The notes under the pieces were generated by a model, which worked only from the letters and a program-made list of their open reading frames with translations, was not told where the DNA came from and did not search any database. Shown here piece after piece: positions 48,289 to 56,190 of a DNA stretch of 64,000 nt. How positions within the stretch are numbered: the stretch's first letter is position 1; each line of letters begins with the position of its first letter. The position numbers and the translations under genes were made by a program. Location: IMG/VR virus record IMGVR_UViG_3300028048_000138, positions 4,739 to 68,738 of that record. One strand, written 5' to 3'. This stretch comes from a virus. Its lineage: Duplodnaviria > Caudoviricetes.

Positions 48289-48972
48289 TTATCCTTCTGT
48301 AATTTCATCCTCAACATCAACCGCTAGGTGAGCACCACAAGGACAAGTAGGGCCGCGGTCTTTATATTTATTATACATCTTCTTACTCACTTTACAACTC
48401 CATCCACAGTTAGGACAAGTGTATGTGTAATAATTTTTCTTTTTATCCTTATCATCACCTCCCTTGTGTACGGCCACGGCCTTACCAGGATAAGCACCCC
48501 ACTGCTTTACCAAGCTCTTATAAACACTTTCAAGAATACTCACCAGGTAAGAAGAAGGATTATAACTCTTATAAGGTTTTTCGAAATAATACTTTTGTGC
48601 AAGTGATTTAAATTTCTTTGTGGATGCCTTTGGTTCATTAAAGAACGCGTGGATACACTCAAGCGCGAGAACACCCAACATCTCGATAGGGTCTTTTATA
48701 TTATGAGATACTAGGATTGTTGTAGGGAAGAAATCATCAAGGGTCACATCCTCTCCATCAAACGGCTGGATGCATTCCGTTAGTTTCTGTCCACCACATT
48801 TACTAGCGCTAATCTGATATCCGTGATTAAGAATATCAAGATCTCCTTCAAACAACTGAGCATCAAGCTCTTCCACCGCATGCCTCAACCACTCCTCTCG
48901 AGTCATACCATCATGAGGTTTAGAGACAGCTGTCAACTTTTCAATTTCAGTCAATGGTTTAATTTCGTTCAT
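48289..48972 (-). CDS. SprT-like protein with degenerate zincin motif and C-terminal Zn ribbon
   Basis: TREEWL start; LALECIHA in place of HExxH; CPNCG...CPCG. Confidence 0.55.
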   Translation of the reverse strand: MNEIKPLTEIEKLTAVSKPHDGMTREEWLRHAVEELDAQLFEGDLDILNHGYQISASKCGGQKLTECIQPFDGEDVTLDDFFPTTILVSHNIKDPIEMLGVLALECIHAFFNEPKASTKKFKSLAQKYYFEKPYKSYNPSSYLVSILESVYKSLVKQWGAYPGKAVAVHKGGDDKDKKKNYYTYTCPNCGWSCKVSKKMYNKYKDRGPTCPCGAHLAVDVEDEITEG

Positions 48973-48983
48973 GATTTAATATA

Positions 48984-49742
48984 TTAATCGTTTGTTTTAA
49001 CTTTAAATTCATCCCCTTCTATAACTAGATACTCTTTAAGGTCGCAGTCACAAAGCCAAACATCGGGGCATTTGTCAATATCTAATCCTAACTCGGTCGG
49101 ATCATCATATTGTTTCTTTATAACATCTTTAAGATTAATGACTCCTCTAACAGTTGTGTGTCCCACAACATATGTCCACCCAGGAAGGGCATAATCAATA
49201 AGGGTCTGAGGACGAATCCAGGTAGGACCCTGAGTCTTGGAGATACCATAGTAATCGCTCATCTTACAAGGACGAAAACCAAAGAGTTCACTTGGAGGGA
49301 GATTATTAATATCTTCTACTGCCTCACACCCACTATCATGAAACCACTGGCTAGTGATGCCTGCGTGAGAGAAAACAATATCTTTATATACATAAACCCA
49401 CTGAGTATCACGAAGATATCTATCTTTTAACTCCGGTTTAGACATTTCCTTCTCCACACCCCCAAAAAAACTACAACACTCCGCCCAGTAGTATCCCAGA
49501 TGTTGCATATCATGATTACCCCGGAGAAGAACAACGCGTTCAGGATTCTCTTCTTTAAATGAAAGTATATCTATGAGGGTGTCGAGTTGCATCTCAGGAG
49601 TAATATCTCTCTGATGAGTGCTCACATAGTCGCCAAGAAATATAAAAAGGTCTGCATCACTCTCACGATCTACAATAGTCTTCCAACCACTCCTACCATG
49701 TACGTCGCCGATGCATACTATTTTATTTAGACATTTGTTCAT
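48984..49742 (-). CDS. Calcineurin-like metallophosphoesterase
   Basis: GDVHG, GDYV, RGNHD, SHAG and VGHT motifs. Confidence 0.9.
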   Translation of the reverse strand: MNKCLNKIVCIGDVHGRSGWKTIVDRESDADLFIFLGDYVSTHQRDITPEMQLDTLIDILSFKEENPERVVLLRGNHDMQHLGYYWAECCSFFGGVEKEMSKPELKDRYLRDTQWVYVYKDIVFSHAGITSQWFHDSGCEAVEDINNLPPSELFGFRPCKMSDYYGISKTQGPTWIRPQTLIDYALPGWTYVVGHTTVRGVINLKDVIKKQYDDPTELGLDIDKCPDVWLCDCDLKEYLVIEGDEFKVKTND

Positions 49743-49774
49743 GATATTATATAATTAAATTGAGGTATTTATTT

Positions 49775-50068
49775 ATGAATTACATTGTACTACCCACTTG
49801 TATAACTGTGTATGATTCTTACAAAGTATCCAAAAAAGAATTTAAACCATTCTTAAATGATTTGAGAGAAGGATATATTGGTAATTTAGTGTTGTATTAT
49901 AGATCCAACTGCAGTCTCACTAATGAATGGGTTTGTCATAATTTCCTATATATGATTGGATTTTTTAGAAGTCATACAAAAAATGTAGATATGCAATATC
50001 CTTTGAAGTGGTGGGAAAAAATAGTATATCCCTGTTTTGGATGGTTTTGTAAGTTATTTGTTAAGTAG
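49775..50068 (+). CDS. Hypothetical protein
   Basis: Lone rightward ORF in a leftward block; NEWVCHNFLY motif. Confidence 0.55.
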   Translation: MNYIVLPTCITVYDSYKVSKKEFKPFLNDLREGYIGNLVLYYRSNCSLTNEWVCHNFLYMIGFFRSHTKNVDMQYPLKWWEKIVYPCFGWFCKLFVK

Positions 50069-50142
50069 TACCCCCTACAGGATTCGAACCTGTGACACAC
50101 GGATTAGAAATCCGTTGCTCTATCCAACTGAGCTAAGAGGGC
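50069..50142 (-). tRNA. tRNA-Arg (anticodon TCT)
   Basis: Cloverleaf GCCCTCT/AGGGGGT, D arm GCTC/GAGC, anticodon arm ACGGA-TTTCTAA-TCCGT, T arm ACAGG-TTCGAAT-CCTGT; no encoded CCA. Confidence 0.95.
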
Positions 50143-50155
50143 CTATAACTATGAA

Positions 50156-50323
50156 TTAACTTTTATACTTATAATCCTCGCACCTTTTTCCTGTTTCTCT
50201 ATCCCGACAAATATGCCACATCCCACAACATCTAGAACAATAACCCCAGTTAACACTACCCATAATAATATGAGTATTAATTATTTTAATAATATCAATT
50301 GTCGGCGTAATATATTTATTCAT
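50156..50323 (-). CDS. 55-aa Cys-rich peptide with YxxP-type leader (not in ORF track)
   Basis: MNKYITPTIDIIKIINTHIIMGS-VNWGYCSRCCGMWHICRDRETGKRCEDYKYKS. Confidence 0.65.
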   Translation of the reverse strand: MNKYITPTIDIIKIINTHIIMGSVNWGYCSRCCGMWHICRDRETGKRCEDYKYKS

Positions 50324-50522
50324 CTTTTGAATGTATTGATTTGAAAAGACAATTACAAAGAATAGTTAATCCCCAAGCCTGCCAATACGTTATTTTTACC
50401 AGACCAAAGATCACCGGCATCAACCAGTTCCATAACAACATCACGAGTACTGCAATAATAAATGACAGTAAAACTGCGAGAAAAATAATAAGAATGGATG
50501 ATCCAAAAGATTCGTTACTCAT
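50316..50522 (-). CDS. Small two-TM membrane protein
   Basis: LWNWLMPVIFGLVKITYWQAWGL motif. Confidence 0.65.
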   Translation of the reverse strand: MSNESFGSSILIIFLAVLLSFIIAVLVMLLWNWLMPVIFGLVKITYWQAWGLTILCNCLFKSIHSKDE

Positions 50523-50524
50523 AT

Positions 50525-50815
50525 TCACTTCTCCATAATTTTAAAAGTTGCGATCGTATCAATCTGTCCGTTGTGATTGGTGATCGTGGTGTCATTAACT
50601 ATCTTGTAATCCTTATAATCATAAGTGCGGTGTTTATAGTTGTATGATATATGCAAACAACCAACGGCCGCGTAAAGAATTCCGATTATACCAAGAACCA
50701 ACCCTTTCCAGGATTTCTTTGTATCACCGCGTTCGATAGTTGTCATCACCTCGGCAATCATCCAGCCGAACAACACACCCAAGAGGATGTAAAGAATAAA
50801 AATAAAAATCGTCAT
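50525..50815 (-). CDS. Membrane protein
   Basis: Two hydrophobic helices. Confidence 0.55.
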   Translation of the reverse strand: MTIFIFILYILLGVLFGWMIAEVMTTIERGDTKKSWKGLVLGIIGILYAAVGCLHISYNYKHRTYDYKDYKIVNDTTITNHNGQIDTIATFKIMEK

Positions 50816-50817
50816 AA

Positions 50818-51201
50818 TTAGTAGATTTTAAAATATTTTTCGATATATTGCTTAATTTCATCAATAACAACCATAATATCCATTTTATTATTAGCGTTTC
50901 CTGTCCACTCTTTATTCGAACTATCGCTATTGACCCATCCGAGGAAATGATTTTTGGGTTTCACCCCTCTCATACTAAACGGAGTCACATACCCATCAAA
51001 CGTATCGGGAAAGTAATAAATAGATGCATCGGTATAGCAATCATCAACATGGATGATTTTTTCCCAGAACTCTGTGTCAGTATCCCATTTCCAGGGAGCA
51101 CCCCACTGCTTGCTTTTCTCGAACCCCATCTCCTTAAGGAAATTCTCAGAGATCCGCTGCTTACCGGATTTAATCTGCTCGTATGTATTAAATATTCCCA
51201 T
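50818..51201 (-). CDS. Hypothetical protein
   Basis: ATG 51201 lies 5 nt after the bipartite promoter motif. Confidence 0.55.
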   Translation of the reverse strand: MGIFNTYEQIKSGKQRISENFLKEMGFEKSKQWGAPWKWDTDTEFWEKIIHVDDCYTDASIYYFPDTFDGYVTPFSMRGVKPKNHFLGWVNSDSSNKEWTGNANNKMDIMVVIDEIKQYIEKYFKIY

Positions 51202-51234
51202 GTATTTATTTATCAAATCATATACGAATATTTA

Positions 51235-52125
51235 CTAAAAATCCCCATAATAAACCTGACAGCAAAGCAGCCCTTTATCCCTCCACATCTTCACCACGCG
51301 ATCGCGATCATCAAATACAGCAATAACGTTGTATTTATCTTTAATATACTGATCATATATCTCTTCTTTCACAACGGAGTCGTTCCGATGGTCACCCTCC
51401 ACCCTGAATATAATATCCCATTTATCTCGTCTTCCTATGTTATTCAATATCCATTGTGTCGTATCTCTCGTGCACTGTGCTGTTCCTTCACGTCCCGAGA
51501 CAAAAATGACTTTTACACCAGTATCCATAAAATGAGATAGTATGTAGTTCATTCTCGGATCGAATGTATCTTCGGAGACCTTTGTAAGATCGTAAGGTGA
51601 ACGACCGTTTCGCAGGGCAACAGTACCATCAATATCACAAATCACTACACTCGGAAGAGAGTAATCGGATTGTTTTATAGGTCTGTCGTCAACAAACTTT
51701 GAAAGTTTTTCGGGAAAATAATTTTTAAAGAATCTTCTTATAACATCCTTACCCACGGCCCTGCCGCCATCCTTTTTCCTTTGTTCATCTCTCTTAAGTG
51801 CTTCCTCGTAAGATATGTCAAAGAATTTGAACTCAATTTCACATTCAAGTTCTTTCGCTAGTTTATTCCATTTAGTAATAGTTTCAGGATTGAGGTTAGT
51901 CGCATCTATAATTACATCGAGATAGTTCTTCCATGCCTGACGAATAGCGTATTCTTCCATCTCGGATATATACTGTTCATGATCAGGATTCCAGTAAGTG
52001 CCAGTCCCCTCGCGAATAGAGTCGCGGGACACAATGACAGTATCTGGATGTTTTTTTATATAATTTTTTGCCCAAGTGCTCTTTCCACTTGCAGGTACAC
52101 CCTGAAGAACAATTATCTTACTCAT
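51235..52125 (-). CDS. pseT: Polynucleotide 5'-kinase/3'-phosphatase (T4 PseT-like)
   Basis: GVPASGKST P-loop, IIDATN, HAD DIDGT and FDDR motifs. Confidence 0.9.
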   Translation of the reverse strand: MSKIIVLQGVPASGKSTWAKNYIKKHPDTVIVSRDSIREGTGTYWNPDHEQYISEMEEYAIRQAWKNYLDVIIDATNLNPETITKWNKLAKELECEIEFKFFDISYEEALKRDEQRKKDGGRAVGKDVIRRFFKNYFPEKLSKFVDDRPIKQSDYSLPSVVICDIDGTVALRNGRSPYDLTKVSEDTFDPRMNYILSHFMDTGVKVIFVSGREGTAQCTRDTTQWILNNIGRRDKWDIIFRVEGDHRNDSVVKEEIYDQYIKDKYNVIAVFDDRDRVVKMWRDKGLLCCQVYYGDF

Positions 52126-52289
52126 TTCTTTCTAAATAAATCTATAAAATACAACCACCCACACCTGATACTCTCTTTCCAAGAGATTTTTGTGTTATAC
52201 TTAATCCAGCAGATATCAAACAATAGTGTAATCACTCCTGCTAAGATTCCTGTGAATATAAAAAACAATATTGTCCCCAATACAAACAT
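52122..52289 (-). CDS. 55-aa membrane protein (not in ORF track)
   Basis: MFVLGTILFFIFTGILAGVITLLF...; ATGA overlap with the PNK gene. Confidence 0.55.
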   Translation of the reverse strand: MFVLGTILFFIFTGILAGVITLLFDICWIKYNTKISWKESIRCGWLYFIDLFRKK

Positions 52290-52301
52290 ATTTTAGTTTA
52301 A

Positions 52302-52481
52302 TTAATTTTTCAGATCACTGTCAACATCCTCAAGTATATCTTTAAATATAACTTCAGCTTCCTTTAATGTATAATTAAGTTCATCTACGAGATAATCCTT
52401 AAAATCAACCGTACCATAACACTTCGTGGCCATCACATGAAGCACGTAGTCAATTAATAGTTCTTTCGTTGCGTCCATCAT
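52302..52481 (-). CDS. 59-aa acidic protein (not in ORF track)
   Basis: MMDATKELLIDYVLHVMATKCYG... Confidence 0.5.
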   Translation of the reverse strand: MMDATKELLIDYVLHVMATKCYGTVDFKDYLVDELNYTLKEAEVIFKDILEDVDSDLKN

Positions 52482-52485
52482 AATA

Positions 52486-53157
52486 TTATGCTATCAAATT
52501 AGACATTACATCCATCAATTCTTTATTGCTTTTAATATATAGAATTATCTTCTTTACTTTTTGAGAAACAAGACCTTCACTCACACCAAATTCCTTCGCT
52601 ACATCCTTACCTTTCTCATCAGCAAATCCCTTCAAACCAAACACCCTGTAAAAAATCTCGCAATCCCTCTCGGAGAATTTCTTTTCGATCATCTCATAAA
52701 GATACTCATAAGGGTCGCCTTCATCCCAGATGGACCTCTCATAACACCCATATTTATATTCCCTAGAAGATACATTATCATCAGAATCGCCATTAATAGA
52801 ATCCTCTCCAGATACCACTGACAGTGAAACCGAATTAAACACTGCTTCACCATTCTGTGATGCTTTCTTCTGTGCGTATGCGCTTAAGGTCACCGTCCTG
52901 AGTTCCTTGTCCAATGAACTAAGAATATTATTACGGATACTCCATCCGGCGAACTGCTTAAAGTTAAGCTTGCTGCGTTCATCATCGTAGTTCTTCATAG
53001 CAAGCACAAACCCTTCGTAAGCCATGCTCTTCACAGCTTCCCAGTCAATCTTAACCTTAGATGCAAACTGTTTAGTGAGTTTGTTGATAAGGGGTTCGTA
53101 CTGCTTCACAAGGGCGGTTTTCTCCCTCTCATTAATATTACTGTAAATTTTACTCAT
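52486..53157 (-). CDS. Sigma-70 family RNA polymerase sigma factor
   Basis: Region 2 (YEPLI...AYEGFVLAMKNYD...FKQFAGWSIRN) and region 4 HTH (GKDVAKEFGVSEGLVSQ). Confidence 0.85.
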   Translation of the reverse strand: MSKIYSNINEREKTALVKQYEPLINKLTKQFASKVKIDWEAVKSMAYEGFVLAMKNYDDERSKLNFKQFAGWSIRNNILSSLDKELRTVTLSAYAQKKASQNGEAVFNSVSLSVVSGEDSINGDSDDNVSSREYKYGCYERSIWDEGDPYEYLYEMIEKKFSERDCEIFYRVFGLKGFADEKGKDVAKEFGVSEGLVSQKVKKIILYIKSNKELMDVMSNLIA

Positions 53158-53162
53158 GCATT

Positions 53163-53193
53163 TATTTACTAAAAATTTTAAGGATATTTACTA
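53163..53193 (-). promoter_or_regulatory. Bipartite promoter TAGTAAAT-N17-TAAATA upstream of the sigma gene
   Basis: Same architecture recurs at 16668-16698, 38310-38340, 51207-51237, 54896-54926 and 58613-58642 (N16). Confidence 0.7.
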
Positions 53194-53204
53194 TTTATTT
53201 CTTA

Positions 53205-53492
53205 TTATTTTCTTTTTTTTAGTTCGAGTATGGTGAAATCATCGTCTAATACTCGTCTTGAGTAATCAGGAATCTTCAGTCCGAGTTTTCTCCAAATAAA
53301 CTGCATTACAATCTTACTAGTGTCTTTGATTAATTTGGTACGCTGTGGATCATGGAAATATATACCACCTGTGTTTATTTTTCCCATTTTATCATCCCAT
53401 TCTTCCAAAATAGGTTTAAGTTCTTCTTTAATTGTTTCATAAAGAAGTTCCTCACTATTTTCTTTCGGACTATTTTGGTCAAATATAGACAT
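53205..53492 (-). CDS. Hypothetical protein, MSIFD-start class
   Basis: Starts MSIFDQN; ends ILELKKRK. Confidence 0.6.
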   Translation of the reverse strand: MSIFDQNSPKENSEELLYETIKEELKPILEEWDDKMGKINTGGIYFHDPQRTKLIKDTSKIVMQFIWRKLGLKIPDYSRRVLDDDFTILELKKRK

Positions 53493-53506
53493 CTCTTTAA
53501 ATATAT

Positions 53507-53668
53507 TTAACTCATGTTTTTGTGTTTAATCTTACGAGTATATTTTTTCTTATTTCTAAACACTTTCTTAAAACTAATAGGATGCCCGTAAAGTTCTATT
53601 TCAGCTTCGCGGGATCCTCTTCGGATGGCTTTGATAACATCTTTCTCAGTATGTAATTTAACTTTCAT
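53507..53668 (-). CDS. 53-aa basic protein, ArfA-like C-terminus (not in ORF track)
   Basis: MKVKLHTEKDVIKAIRRGSREAEIELYGHPISFKKVFRNKKKYTRKIKHKNMS. Confidence 0.6.
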   Translation of the reverse strand: MKVKLHTEKDVIKAIRRGSREAEIELYGHPISFKKVFRNKKKYTRKIKHKNMS

Positions 53669-54362
53669 TTTTAGTAATCATCAATCTAAATATTATAGAA
53701 GGAGAATCAAATAATGCGTTTTTCTTCAAGAGACCACCACGAAGGATATTATCTGTATTAAACCAATAACATTTCTCTCCTCCTACTTCATCTACATACA
53801 ATTCAATTCTAAACGCATGTGAGCGTGAAGTCCCGATGTATTTCGGTATACAACGGACCCTTACCTTGCATCCAGGGCGAACATGTAAAAGAATATTGTT
53901 TTCTATGCTCCCCGCAACAACCTTCCAATATTTTGAGTAATCTGGAGTAGGTTCATATGAAAACCAATAAAAATTTTCAGATTCGTCAAATTCGGGTTCA
54001 TTAAATTTATGTGATTGACTTTCTTCCATTGGGAGATTCTTATCAAAATCTCCGTTAAGAGCTACCAGTTTTATGAGGTCATGTATATTATTAATGTCTT
54101 CATCGAATATCTCGCTATATCCAACCCACTTCCTTTTCTCTCCTACGAAACATTCAAACTTATTACTACTCAAAACGTAATCAGATCTCATGTCCGGAGG
54201 GAGTGTGCATTTACGACTAACTGGAACCGACGACTCTCCTATTCCTAACATCTTATTTCTAGTGATGATGTCACGATCGTGCCCATTTCTATATTCACAT
54301 TGTTCAATATGGAATATATTGAACATTTTATCTAGGAAATTGTCTGCGTCAAATATGCTCAT
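53658..54362 (-). CDS. Hypothetical protein, MSIFD-start class
   Basis: Starts MSIFDAD. Confidence 0.6.
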   Translation of the reverse strand: MSIFDADNFLDKMFNIFHIEQCEYRNGHDRDIITRNKMLGIGESSVPVSRKCTLPPDMRSDYVLSSNKFECFVGEKRKWVGYSEIFDEDINNIHDLIKLVALNGDFDKNLPMEESQSHKFNEPEFDESENFYWFSYEPTPDYSKYWKVVAGSIENNILLHVRPGCKVRVRCIPKYIGTSRSHAFRIELYVDEVGGEKCYWFNTDNILRGGLLKKNALFDSPSIIFRLMITKNES

Positions 54363-54874
54363 TATGCAACTGTATTAAAAATCGAATGTTTCTCAGCCAA
54401 CCATTTCGGAAGGGTAACGTAAACCTTACAGTTCTTCCTCTCTACCTTCACCTGACTCTTAGGAACGTAGATATAGAAGTTACAGGGACGTCCGTACATA
54501 TCCCTCTTCCTTCCTCCTACATACTTATAGGAGTTAGCTCCTGCGCTCATCAGTACTCCCTGCTCGAGGACGTAAGTGAGGATCTTAGACCCTTCCTCTT
54601 TCTTAACCTTCCAGGCCTCCTCCCTCTCGATCCTCTCCTTTTCTTTCTGCTCCTCCCAGGCGCGGTGCTCTTCCTCGTACTGCTCTAGTGTCTTAGTGCT
54701 TTCCAGCAATGCCCTCTGTCCACAAGCGGTCAAGGTCCCGTCCTGACGGATGTAGCTGCTGATGATATAAGCTACATTCAGGCCATCGGTGATCAGAAGC
54801 GCACCACCGCGAGTGATTCTGAGGAGAGTGATACCGGATTCGTAAGTGTGAGGGAATGTCATCTGTGTGTCCAT
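54362..54874 (-). CDS. Hypothetical protein with elevated GC
   Basis: About 50% GC by hand count; own bipartite promoter motif. Confidence 0.65.
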   Translation of the reverse strand: MDTQMTFPHTYESGITLLRITRGGALLITDGLNVAYIISSYIRQDGTLTACGQRALLESTKTLEQYEEEHRAWEEQKEKERIEREEAWKVKKEEGSKILTYVLEQGVLMSAGANSYKYVGGRKRDMYGRPCNFYIYVPKSQVKVERKNCKVYVTLPKWLAEKHSIFNTVA

Positions 54875-54983
54875 AGCTCTATATCTTTATGTATATATTT
54901 ACCAAAAGCCGGACAAAAATTTACTAAAAATCTGTAAAATTTTAATCTAAAAATATATATAATTTACAGATATAAATTTAATA

Positions 54984-55541
54984 TTATTTTTTCTTATTTC
55001 CAAAAATACTTATATTAAATTTTTCGTATTGGTTTGCAGCAAACACATCAAGAATGTAATTTGCTGATTTCCTTAAAATAACAAAAGCATTATCATCACC
55101 CACCCATTCATATGTCCGCATCACCTCCGTGTATCCATCAAACTCAGCGGGAGTGTCTTCAATCACTTTTGCACCGTTCTCGGTTAGATAATCTTCAATA
55201 ATCTTTATAGTGCCACTAGGGTCCTTATCCGGTCTCTCTGTCCAAGCAAGAGTGATCCGGTAAGTTGATTCTTCTATAACAGGAGGTTCTGGTTGAAGGA
55301 TTATTGGTGAGAGTGTTTTTTCTTTAATATTAGTTTGAGCATCTATAATACCCTTGCACTCTATTGCTCGTTTAATATACGACGATGTATCATTAACATC
55401 AACTCCATTTTTACGAAGTTTTTCGACTATATCAAAATACTCTTTTACTTGTTTCTCGCAATTGGTATTTCTACGAATATGATTTTTTATAACTTCTTTA
55501 ATGTTATAATGTTTTTTCTTGAGATCTTGAATATTATCCAT
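54984..55541 (-). CDS. Hypothetical protein
   Basis: 185-aa ORF. Confidence 0.55.
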   Translation of the reverse strand: MDNIQDLKKKHYNIKEVIKNHIRRNTNCEKQVKEYFDIVEKLRKNGVDVNDTSSYIKRAIECKGIIDAQTNIKEKTLSPIILQPEPPVIEESTYRITLAWTERPDKDPSGTIKIIEDYLTENGAKVIEDTPAEFDGYTEVMRTYEWVGDDNAFVILRKSANYILDVFAANQYEKFNISIFGNKKK

Positions 55542-55578
55542 TTGTTGAGTGATTATTGAGATAATATATTTAATTCAT

Positions 55579-56184
55579 ATGTTATCATTATCTCCAAGAT
55601 ACGATTTATTTAGGTTTGCTTTTCCAAAGGATTTTATTCCCAAGGAGGTAAACGATAAATATCAAAAGGTGCTTTCAAAGAACGCCGGTGTGCTCACCAC
55701 ACCCATAGACTATCTTAATGAAAGCATCCAAGGGATTAATATACCTGGTATATCCGATCTCACTATAGATCAAGAGCAACATTCACATAATAGTATATCA
55801 GGAGAGAGACTTAATGTAGAACCAATTAGACAAAATACTTATAAAACACCAGCTAATCCCCTCGCTAATATATCTAAAGAGGTTACTGTTACATTCCGTT
55901 TTAATCAAGGATTCTATAATTACTTCCTTCTCTATGAAACTATATTCTGGAAGTACTGTAAACCACTGGATTATCCTAATGAAGATTATCTCTATATAGA
56001 CCTCATGGATGAAACTGGACGAGTAACTGCAAGGATAAAATATTATGATTGTCATATAAACGGCATCGATGGTATTGATTTGAATTATTCAAAGATTGAA
56101 AGAGATACCGGAACGTTTGATGTAGTATTTAAATTTAATAACATCGACTTTGTGTTTGTTGATGAAGAAGGAAATGAAATATAA
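55579..56184 (+). CDS. Tail tube-fold protein (gp3/gp19-like)
   Basis: IQGINIPG, EVTVTFRFN, DCHINGIDGIDLNY and FDVVFKF pattern. Confidence 0.5.
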   Translation: MLSLSPRYDLFRFAFPKDFIPKEVNDKYQKVLSKNAGVLTTPIDYLNESIQGINIPGISDLTIDQEQHSHNSISGERLNVEPIRQNTYKTPANPLANISKEVTVTFRFNQGFYNYFLLYETIFWKYCKPLDYPNEDYLYIDLMDETGRVTARIKYYDCHINGIDGIDLNYSKIERDTGTFDVVFKFNNIDFVFVDEEGNEI

Positions 56185-56190
56185 TTGATT

